A stretch of DNA of 37,452 bases, from NCBI GenBank assembly GCA_011364905.1, contig RDNZ01000027.1, forward strand, positions 1-37,452. The letters are read 5' to 3'. The DNA comes from Candidatus Thorarchaeota archaeon (GTDB lineage: Archaea; Asgardarchaeota; Thorarchaeia; Thorarchaeales; Thorarchaeaceae). How positions within the stretch are numbered: position 1 is the stretch's first letter; every line of letters begins with the position of its first letter. Below the pieces are notes generated by a model. The model searched no databases and had not been told where the DNA came from. It was given only the letters and a program-made list of their open reading frames with translations. Made by a program: the position numbers and the translations under genes. Below are positions 17,594 through 25,002 of the stretch, in pieces.

Positions 17594-18424
17594 ATGGCTC
17601 AAGATACGATTGTTGCAAACCTTACTAGTCTTGGTTTGACCAAAAACGAGGCGAAGGCGTACCATTCACTTGTCAGGATTGGAAGATCCTCAGCTAGGGT
17701 TATTGCGGAGGACGCCGAGATTCCAAGAAGCAAAGTGTATGAAACACTTGCTCTTCTGGAGAAACGGGGCATCATCAAGAAAGTTTCAGGGAGCGACCCA
17801 ACACTCTTTGATCCAGCTCCGGTAGATGCCGCTTTAGACCATCTTGAGGAGAAGGTCAGGAGTTCAGCGACAAGTGCTAGGAAAGCACTGAAAGGACTTC
17901 AGACGCTAAGAGGAACAGAGGCCAAGGAGTTTGCGTGGGCAGTACAGGGTATGGAGCAGGTCATCATGGGCCTGCGAACAGCCATCGAAAGCGCTCATGA
18001 GTATGTATACATCGCATCAGCATCTCCCATCCTCTTAAGCCATCTTCGAGAAGCATTCAGTGCAGCAAAGAGTCGCAATGTCAAAATCCAGTTGTTCACT
18101 ACTACACCTGGCTCGAAAGAAATCCCTGGTCTTGAGCACTATCTCGACCTGACTGTTGCTATGCCCAGCAAAGACCTTTTGATAGAGAGGTTCAAAGAGC
18201 TTTTCCAAGCACCAATGTTGCCTAAAGAAGAATGGGCCCCAGACAGAATGCTGATCATGAATGTGGACGGACGGGAGAGTATAGGTGTTTTTCTGCCAGG
18301 AGATGATGCCTCACAACCGTGGGCGTTGCACATCAGAAGCCGTCTTGTCGTATTGATACAGTGGCAGGTGGTAAAAACGGTTATTTCAAGTGTGGAAGCG
18401 CTAATTCAAAATGGAGAGTTATAG
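17594..18424 (+). CDS. TrmB family transcriptional regulator
   Basis: LGLT.NEAKAY..L, IPRSKVYETL..LE.RG HTH; C-terminal effector domain (IESA...VYI, VDGRE). Confidence 0.92.
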   Translation: MAQDTIVANLTSLGLTKNEAKAYHSLVRIGRSSARVIAEDAEIPRSKVYETLALLEKRGIIKKVSGSDPTLFDPAPVDAALDHLEEKVRSSATSARKALKGLQTLRGTEAKEFAWAVQGMEQVIMGLRTAIESAHEYVYIASASPILLSHLREAFSAAKSRNVKIQLFTTTPGSKEIPGLEHYLDLTVAMPSKDLLIERFKELFQAPMLPKEEWAPDRMLIMNVDGRESIGVFLPGDDASQPWALHIRSRLVVLIQWQVVKTVISSVEALIQNGEL

Positions 18425-18493
18425 GTCAACATATCCTATAACTTTCGAAAACCCATTTCGATTCATATTTTAGCCGATGCTGAAAGGAGGTCA

Positions 18494-19315
18494 TTGAGTA
18501 GAGTTATGAACGAACCTCATCTAAATGCCCTCAAATGCTCGAAATGTGGCAAGAAACTCCTTTTCAATGGTGCTTTTGGCGCTCAATCTGAAGTTGAGGA
18601 GGGAGAGATTGTGTGTGAAAGGGGGCACATCTGGTCCATAAACGATGGTATCCCTTCGCTTGTTCATCCCCCAATTAATGAGAAGGATGCAAAGTGGATA
18701 GCTGAATATGATGAGATGGCTGATAACTATGACGAACTAGTGAAACAGTACGACGAGTGGCTTGGTGTCGATATGATGAAGGAGCGTGAGAACTTCTCGC
18801 ACTTCGTTCCAAATGAAGGCCCTGTAAACATCATCGATGTCAGCATTGGCACGGGAGCTAACTTCATAGCTTTACAAAACCAGTTCAAGAATCAGATGAG
18901 TAGATTCAATCTTCACGGAATGGATCTCTCCACTGGGATGTTGAAGGTATCCAAAGCCAAGTTCATCGAGAATAAACTATCAGTCAGTCTGACTCACGGG
19001 AGCGTGTACAACATTCCTTACCAGACGTCTTTCTTTGACATCGTCGTACACTCCGGAGGATTGAACACATTCTCAGACATCCCAGGGGCACTCAATGAAA
19101 TGCTTAGGATCACCCATTCGGGGGGCACCATCATTGTGGTGGATGAGGGTCTCTCGCCAAGAAAGAGGGAAACGGAAGAGGGAAAAGAAATCATGAAAGC
19201 AAACACGCTCTTTGCAGCAAGGCCTCCGCTGAAACATATTCCCGTCGGTGCAAAAGATGTTGAAGTCACATATGTGATGAATGAGACCTTCTATCAGATA
19301 GTCTTCAAAAAATGA
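18494..19315 (+). CDS. Class I SAM-dependent methyltransferase with N-terminal Trm112-like domain
   Basis: LKCSKC...EGEIVCERGH.W.I.DGIP.L (Trm112-like); IIDVSIGTG, GMDLS.GML, FDIVVH.GG, ALNEM.R. Confidence 0.88.
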   Translation: MSRVMNEPHLNALKCSKCGKKLLFNGAFGAQSEVEEGEIVCERGHIWSINDGIPSLVHPPINEKDAKWIAEYDEMADNYDELVKQYDEWLGVDMMKERENFSHFVPNEGPVNIIDVSIGTGANFIALQNQFKNQMSRFNLHGMDLSTGMLKVSKAKFIENKLSVSLTHGSVYNIPYQTSFFDIVVHSGGLNTFSDIPGALNEMLRITHSGGTIIVVDEGLSPRKRETEEGKEIMKANTLFAARPPLKHIPVGAKDVEVTYVMNETFYQIVFKK

Positions 19316-19508
19316 CTACAGTTCAACAGACAAGTTTCCAAGAAAGACTCGGTCTGGTGTTAGACTGAATAAACTGAATTTGCGGGTCCGAAATAACCTG
19401 ACTGTTGAATATAGAAATCGTAATGGCAAACAGAACAATTTGGGTAAGAAGAATGATCGCAGTTGCCGAACCTGTCCGTTTAGGCAAAGGGTAGCGGGAA
19501 CTATCGCG

Positions 19509-19548
19509 AAAAAAAGGGAAATGCTCAGGTGGCTTCCCACATGAGCAC
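19509..19548 (-). terminator. Hairpin plus U-tract terminator of the micropeptide operon
   Basis: Minus strand: GTGCTCA-T-GTGG-GAAG-CCAC-C-TGAGCAT-TTCCC-TTTTTTT. Confidence 0.7.
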
Positions 19549-19638
19549 TTCTTCGACTGTTACATCACATTTCTGTGAAGCGCTCACTGGACTATTTTCT
19601 TTCAGGCTAGAGCCACTTGTGTCGTATTCTTGTGACAT
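19525..19638 (-). CDS. Micropeptide 3 (37 aa) MSQEYDTSGSSLKENSPVSASQKCDVTVEEVLMWEAT
   Basis: ATG 6 nt after the peptide 2 stop; SD-like AGGT; N-terminus MSQE resembles MAQE of peptide 2; ends inside the terminator. Confidence 0.65.
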   Translation of the reverse strand: MSQEYDTSGSSLKENSPVSASQKCDVTVEEVLMWEAT

Positions 19639-19644
19639 TGTGAT

Positions 19645-19731
19645 CTACCTGTAAGTGTATGCGTAGGCGATAGCCTCAGTCGAGATCTGCCTTTTAGGCG
19701 TGAACTTCTTGTGTGTGTTTTCTTGTGCCAT
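19645..19731 (-). CDS. Micropeptide 2 (28 aa) MAQENTHKKFTPKRQISTEAIAYAYTYR
   Basis: Strong SD AGGAGGT; C-terminal motif shared with peptide 1. Confidence 0.8.
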   Translation of the reverse strand: MAQENTHKKFTPKRQISTEAIAYAYTYR

Positions 19732-19737
19732 GATTGT

Positions 19738-19845
19738 TTACCTCCTATAGATGAACGCGTACCCGATTGCATCAGTTGTGTAGACCTTTGCAATCTTGTT
19801 TTCCAACGTCTCTCGCTTGTTTGTCGTCAGATTCATGCGATACAT
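19738..19845 (-). CDS. Micropeptide 1 (35 aa) MYRMNLTTNKRETLENKIAKVYTTDAIGYAFIYRR
   Basis: First ATG after the TATA box, GTGA 6 nt upstream; C-terminal motif shared with peptide 2; alternative ATG at 19836. Confidence 0.75.
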   Translation of the reverse strand: MYRMNLTTNKRETLENKIAKVYTTDAIGYAFIYRR

Positions 19846-19878
19846 TGCTTATCACTATACGTACACACACCAAATTTG

Positions 19879-19893
19879 TATATAAGGTTTGTC
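19879..19893 (-). promoter_or_regulatory. BRE/TATA promoter of the micropeptide operon
   Basis: Minus strand GACAAAC-CTTATATA, about 34 nt upstream of ATG 19845. Confidence 0.65.
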
Positions 19894-20062
19894 GAACCAA
19901 CTGTTTCGTTTTTTTACGTTCATGTTATGCACTATTATTGCACTAATGGACCAAAAAGCGATTCATTACAAACTTTTCAATACATAATGGTTCGCCATCA
20001 CCAGCAAATTTAAATAATTAGTTTGTTCAAGAGAATTTAGATTAGGAGCGTTTTAACACGCT

Positions 20063-20095
20063 TCTGATGGATTTGAAATTTCAAAATCCATAAGA
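20063..20095. promoter_or_regulatory. Long near-perfect inverted repeat upstream of the wHTH regulator
   Basis: TCTGATGGATTTGAAATTTCAAAATCCATAAGA, directly 3' of TATA-like TTTTAA (20051-20056). Confidence 0.5.
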
Positions 20096-20172
20096 TGAAT
20101 ACACGGACGATTCCAAGGCTAAGCGAGTCGCTTGATGAATCGACGGGTCAAAATGCATTGGTGAGCAGTAAT

Positions 20173-20928
20173 ATGGGCGATGACTATGCAACAACTGAGA
20201 TTACAGACAGCCTAGAAGGAATTGTCTTAACGAAAGAGGGGGAAACCCCCCAGAAAGAACTTGTTTTTGTGACGAGTGACGAGAGAGCCGAGGTTCTTGA
20301 TGAGCCAGTCCGATACAACATTCTACAGACACTACGAAAAGGCATAGAAGACACTGTGACGACCAAAACGGTGGACGCAGACACGGGAGACACGATTATT
20401 CGACAGAGAGTCGTCACGCGCGATGCGCTTTCGGTCGTAGAGATCGTGAAAATGTCGCCAAAATGTTGTACCGAGGGCGAGGAAATCACTAAGAATCAGG
20501 TATATCATCACTTGCCAAAGCTCATAGAGCATGGTTATGTTATCAAATATGGTACAACAACCACAGGTAAACGGAGCACCGACTATTATCGACGCACAGC
20601 CAAGGGGTTCATGCTAACTACTGGGGCTTGGGGAACTGAAGAGAAGCGAATCCGAGAGAAACTTGAAGGATTCACTGACAAGATGCTTGAAACCTTCAAC
20701 CTGAAAATCTCTAAAGAGAAACGTGAAGAGCTTGTGAATCTGAGTGTAAAACGGGCCCAGATGCAGCACAGATGGAGAACCAAGATTGCAGAGATGGTGA
20801 ATCTGGACATCGCAACCAAAGAAACCCTTGCTATGTATGAGATGCTTTTGGACTACTATTCTGTGGGCTTTGAGGAGTACATGGATACGATTCAGAGAAT
20901 TAGAGAGATCCTCTTCCCAGAAAGTTGA
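20173..20928 (+). CDS. Winged helix-turn-helix (ArsR-like) regulator with insertion and helical C-terminal domain
   Basis: VLDEPVRYNILQTL...ALSVVEI...NQVYHHLPKLIEHGYV...YYRRTAK; SD GGTGA upstream of ATG 20173. Confidence 0.85.
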   Translation: MGDDYATTEITDSLEGIVLTKEGETPQKELVFVTSDERAEVLDEPVRYNILQTLRKGIEDTVTTKTVDADTGDTIIRQRVVTRDALSVVEIVKMSPKCCTEGEEITKNQVYHHLPKLIEHGYVIKYGTTTTGKRSTDYYRRTAKGFMLTTGAWGTEEKRIREKLEGFTDKMLETFNLKISKEKREELVNLSVKRAQMQHRWRTKIAEMVNLDIATKETLAMYEMLLDYYSVGFEEYMDTIQRIREILFPES

Positions 20929-20955
20929 GTTATGAGGAAACAGTTGGTAGAGAAA

Positions 20956-21330
20956 CTAGATGTGCCCACGCAGCTGAATAGCCGTCTTCTTGATGTCTAT
21001 AAGAGCCAGTTCAGGGACTGCGGAGGGGGCGGCAAATGCGATGGCCCAACTGTCTTCATCGATGAGCACAAGAATGAGGTGACCTTTGGCATCGTCCGCA
21101 GTTGCGATGTAGGCGTCCTTTGAAGAGAAAACACGACGATATGTTACACCTCCTGTAGTCAGTTTCGAGGCGTCTTTATCAGCTGCTTTGAGAATCCCAT
21201 CTATTTCATCCACAAGATTCCAGTTATCGGTCTGCCAGATAACAGCTCCTTCTTTGGCCACCGCAAAGGCGTGTATCTTTGGATTGCTCGCGAAGAGGAG
21301 ATTCCATTCATGACCGATTACTAAAGCCAA
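20956..21330 (-). CDS. Profilin-like protein (second, divergent paralog)
   Basis: 124 aa from TTG 21330 behind SD GGTGA; IWQTDNWNL, GVTY, KGHLIL, C-terminal LRGHI; aligns end to end with the adjacent profilin. Confidence 0.8.
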   Translation of the reverse strand: MALVIGHEWNLLFASNPKIHAFAVAKEGAVIWQTDNWNLVDEIDGILKAADKDASKLTTGGVTYRRVFSSKDAYIATADDAKGHLILVLIDEDSWAIAFAAPSAVPELALIDIKKTAIQLRGHI

Positions 21331-21416
21331 AATACAATCACCATATCTATACTGAAATGTATTAGGGGATGACTCTGTTGAAGCTGACCCCCCATTAAAC
21401 ACTTTGTCAGAATGTT

Positions 21417-21803
21417 CTAGATCTTGCCTCTGAGTGTCTTTGCTGCTCTGTCGACATCGACATAGACACCATCTGGTTGCGCTTGTGCGTCTGCCCATGC
21501 CACAACCCATCTATCACTTGTAGTGTCAATCTTTGTAAGAATCAGTATCCCGTTTCCTTGGACATTTCGAGCAACAAGGCTTTCAGGGGTAGACCTCATC
21601 GTGGAATATTTCACCTGATTCTGAATAATGCTGGCTGCTCGAGACTTCACTGCAGACATCAAGTTCTTAGCATCAGCGGTCAAATCCCAATTGTTGCTCT
21701 GCCAAAGGACCTGTCCGGACTCGGATATCACACCAAAGGCTTGGACCATATTTCCTGAACTGTTGTATGCTTGCGTATATGCATCCATTACCGGATCGCT
21801 CAT
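21417..21803 (-). CDS. Asgard (Thorarchaeia-type) profilin
   Basis: GVI...GQVLWQSNNWDL, VKYSTMR, LVARNVQGNG.LI pattern matches Asgard profilins as recalled (Loki-type QTENW, IKYM, GTNITGKGH); SD GGGGTGA. Confidence 0.85.
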   Translation of the reverse strand: MSDPVMDAYTQAYNSSGNMVQAFGVISESGQVLWQSNNWDLTADAKNLMSAVKSRAASIIQNQVKYSTMRSTPESLVARNVQGNGILILTKIDTTSDRWVVAWADAQAQPDGVYVDVDRAAKTLRGKI

Positions 21804-21930
21804 CGTAATTCACCCCGTACTATCTACGGCCTATAACACTCGGGGCAGCCTCTCCAAATAAACAAATCCTTGACGGCCTTGGAACGGTTTCATTAAACAG
21901 ACTCATATGGTTAAACGTTCTGGGAGCCTC

Positions 21931-22230
21931 ATGACCAAAGCGATTTGGGAGACCGCGAGAGGAACATTACTTCGTGTGCTCGTCCGTCCCAACTCAAAGG
22001 CGAGAAACCTAATCGCAGAAATCACTCCAGAGGCAATTCACATCAATTTGAGGGGTCCTGCAAGAGATGGGAAAGCCAACGTTGAATTGTTGAAGAGACT
22101 GTCAAAGAGGCTCGGGCTCTCCACAGCTGACATCAGCATTGTCGCAGGACATCGGTCAAGAGAGAAGACCTTACTAATTGTCGGAGTTGATCAGGACGAC
22201 TTGTCAAAGAGGCTCGCGACTATGACATAA
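21931..22230 (+). CDS. DUF167 / UPF0235 (YggU-like) protein
   Basis: LRVLVRPNS, PARDGKAN.EL...LS, IVAGHRSREK; ATG 21907 is also possible. Confidence 0.9.
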   Translation: MTKAIWETARGTLLRVLVRPNSKARNLIAEITPEAIHINLRGPARDGKANVELLKRLSKRLGLSTADISIVAGHRSREKTLLIVGVDQDDLSKRLATMT

Positions 22231-22311
22231 CCAGTTAAATAGTGGACTAGGCTCGACTCTTTTTCTAAAGAAGAATTAGCTTGGGCTACCAACAACCAGG
22301 AGATAGCACCT

Positions 22312-24858
22312 GTGATAAAGATGGACCGTACTACATTCCTTGGATGTACATACACGGTAGGTCTGATTCTAGTTGGTGCGGCAATACTTACGGGTCGCTA
22401 TGCTCATCCAGATGTCATCATAACCCTAGTCGTGGAAGTGTTTCTCCTCTATTTTTCTCTGTTTAGAGACCCTCTCAAGAGAAACAAACTTGGGGCAATG
22501 GTCATTCTTACTTCTGTATATTATCCACTCAGTGTGCTACTGGGGATTTTCTCAGACATGGTTGTAATTGCCATCGGAGGAGTAGCTATCTATGTGGCTA
22601 TGACTGTCAGAATTGACCTTAATCCAACAAAGGGACTTCTAGCAGGTATATTCTCTGCAGGAATCTTCTTTGCTTTTTACCTGATGGTCCAAAGAGGAGC
22701 AGTGTCGCCCGATGTTTTGATGGCACTTATTATCCACACTCTATTGCTGTATATGGCCCTCAGCAAGAAACCACCAGGCAAGTCAGAATTGGCTGCCATC
22801 AGCATGTTGGTCTTGATTTGTTTATCACTAAGCTTGCTACTCAGGTTCTTCTCCTTCGTAGTCATTTGGACATTAGGGAGTCTTGCATTCTACGGATATG
22901 TCAGGGTAGAGCCAAAGTTTCCTCTTACAAAGCGTGCCATAGGAACAGGACTGATCGTTGGCGTAGTCATGACATTCATGGGAATATATCTCGCTCTGAA
23001 AATTGGTATTGTCTTTCTTGTTGGTGCAGAGATGCTTGGAGCACTCTTTCTAGGCGTGAAAGGGAGGTATACGAGAGAAGAGAATGCAGTGGCCGTGACT
23101 ATTTCCAACACATCATCAATGGTTGCGATAGGAGTCCTACTCACATACCCAGCGATAGCAATTTTCGATCCAGCAAACCCGCTCTTCAATGTCAATAATG
23201 TAGACTATAGTCCCATCATGACACTTTTGTTTATCATGTTCACGACTGGTATTAGTGCAATATTCGGAATTGTTATTCTGGCCCCATTCAGACATCGATT
23301 TGAGAATGAGCCTTGGCCTCGGGTGCAACCACAAGTCGAGTGCATTAACTCAATCGGGAGTGATGCAAAATCGAAAAGGGCTGTGGGCATCGGACTTGTT
23401 GGATCAGGGGCGTGGGTAGGTGCAACAAAGATTAGTGAAACAGCTACCGGGATGACACTAACTACTTTCCCAAATGCCCTTGCTCCGATGATACCGGCAG
23501 TAACAAGCATCCCAGATTGGATTGGTATTAGTAACTCGCCAATGATAGCGGGTATTGGTTTCTTCGTCGGATGGAAACGCTCCCTAGTGATGCTTTTGGG
23601 GGGTATAATCTCGATATTGATATGGATCATCTTGGAGGGAGCAGATGGGACTGTACTCTACACGACGCATCTCAAAAGACCTGAGATCCTGTATCTCGCA
23701 CTGGGGGTCTTTGTTACAGTTATCCTCGCGGATGTGGCGGGATCGAAGGACGAAGGAAATCTAAGTCCTGAAGAGATACAGGAAAAAATACATCCACATG
23801 ACGACGATGTGCTAATGATAGAGACCCCACACAAAAGCAATGAGTTGGCAAGGTCGCTAAGGGTCAAGGAAGAACTATTCTCAATAGAGGCCTTTAAGGA
23901 GGATGTCCGTCAGATCATAGAGGACCCGAGAGAATTCATGCGTTCAAAAAGAGGACAGGTCCCTGTTTGGATTGCATTAGTCTCAATGGGACTTTTCATG
24001 ATTGTAGGACTCATCGTGTTTTGGTTCATCAAACCATTCATGGCAAGTGCAACATCGCCGCTCGAGATCCATTGGCTTTTGATCATCTTTGGTACTCCAT
24101 TGGCACTGGTATCAGCGTATTTCACTGCACGGGCAATAAGTGAAACTGGCATGCTTGCAGGTTACATCTCGGATATGATCTCGATACCTGCAATCCTCCT
24201 CTTTAGGACCACTTTTTCAGCCGTCACCACATTCATGGGAATGCTTGGTGCGATTCAGGATGCTGCAATCGCATTACTTGTTCACTTAAAACTCGGGTCA
24301 ATGACAGGTGTTCGTGGTAGAGACATCTTGAAAGCAGTCTTCATTGGGACTATGCTTGGCTCAACGGTCGGCTCTTTCATAACCTTTGAAGTATTCAGTA
24401 CCTATGGCTTTGGAACAGTGGACTTCCCAAGTCCAGCTGCGCAGCTCTTTGGTTTTCTTGTTCTTAGCCTTCAAGGCTTAGGGCATTTCCAGTTGCCTGG
24501 TGTAAGTGAATTAGGAAACCTAAACCCAATTGTTGCATTTCTTTATCTGCTTGCCTGGGCGATTGGTGGATTTCTCATGGGTAGAACCCTGAGCAAACAT
24601 GGACTGAGCCCGATCAGTCTTGTAGTTGGAGTGCTCATTCCACCGGCCACCTCTGTAACTATCTTAATTGGTGGTTTAATCAACTACAAAGCCAAACATC
24701 CTCATCAACCCTCCCCTATGACAGACCACTTACCTCAGCAGGTGGAGGTAGTAGATGTGGACTATAGCAATACAAGTAGAATCCTAAGCGGAGTTGTAGC
24801 GGGAGAGGCTGTTGTCACAGTTATCTGGATTCTCTTGAACGCATTCAGTTTCCTGTAG
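22312..24858 (+). CDS. OPT/YSL family oligopeptide transporter with extra N-terminal duplicated membrane module
   Basis: LTKRAI..G......Y..LKIG, EEN....TI, RAISETG, LKLG...G, FP.P.A, SGVVAGE motifs. Confidence 0.82.
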   Translation: MIKMDRTTFLGCTYTVGLILVGAAILTGRYAHPDVIITLVVEVFLLYFSLFRDPLKRNKLGAMVILTSVYYPLSVLLGIFSDMVVIAIGGVAIYVAMTVRIDLNPTKGLLAGIFSAGIFFAFYLMVQRGAVSPDVLMALIIHTLLLYMALSKKPPGKSELAAISMLVLICLSLSLLLRFFSFVVIWTLGSLAFYGYVRVEPKFPLTKRAIGTGLIVGVVMTFMGIYLALKIGIVFLVGAEMLGALFLGVKGRYTREENAVAVTISNTSSMVAIGVLLTYPAIAIFDPANPLFNVNNVDYSPIMTLLFIMFTTGISAIFGIVILAPFRHRFENEPWPRVQPQVECINSIGSDAKSKRAVGIGLVGSGAWVGATKISETATGMTLTTFPNALAPMIPAVTSIPDWIGISNSPMIAGIGFFVGWKRSLVMLLGGIISILIWIILEGADGTVLYTTHLKRPEILYLALGVFVTVILADVAGSKDEGNLSPEEIQEKIHPHDDDVLMIETPHKSNELARSLRVKEELFSIEAFKEDVRQIIEDPREFMRSKRGQVPVWIALVSMGLFMIVGLIVFWFIKPFMASATSPLEIHWLLIIFGTPLALVSAYFTARAISETGMLAGYISDMISIPAILLFRTTFSAVTTFMGMLGAIQDAAIALLVHLKLGSMTGVRGRDILKAVFIGTMLGSTVGSFITFEVFSTYGFGTVDFPSPAAQLFGFLVLSLQGLGHFQLPGVSELGNLNPIVAFLYLLAWAIGGFLMGRTLSKHGLSPISLVVGVLIPPATSVTILIGGLINYKAKHPHQPSPMTDHLPQQVEVVDVDYSNTSRILSGVVAGEAVVTVIWILLNAFSFL

Positions 24859-25002
24859 CTCAGCTTCTCAATATGCTCCGCCAGCGGCTGGAGAAACTTA
24901 GGGAAATCGTTGATGTCAAGACTAGCTTCGGTTGCTGCTGGATAGCCTCCTCCAGAACTTCCCTCAAGATTCTTCAGGATAATGTTCAGTGTTTTGTTAG
25001 AA

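Noticed and set aside
19312-19544. Open frames on both strands downstream of the methyltransferase (including ORF-track 19316..19540)
   Set aside because: The minus ORF begins inside the terminator hairpin and the plus frame has no start; probably spurious.
19738-19845. Idea that the micropeptides are WH2/thymosin-like actin binders because profilins are nearby
   Set aside because: No LKKT/LRRV-type motif; proximity alone is insufficient.
19602-20013. ORF-track calls 19602..19793 (-) and 19711..20013 (+)
   Set aside because: Shadow frames of the three micropeptides, which have the SD, promoter and paralogy support.
21331-21510. Cys-rich N-terminal extension of ORF 20956..21510
   Set aside because: Overlaps the upstream profilin; the SD and paralog alignment place the start at TTG 21330.
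22081-22215. Exact repeat TGTCAAAGAGGCTCG twice in the DUF167 gene
   Set aside because: Both copies encode LSKRL in frame; only two copies, so no array or mobile-element evidence.
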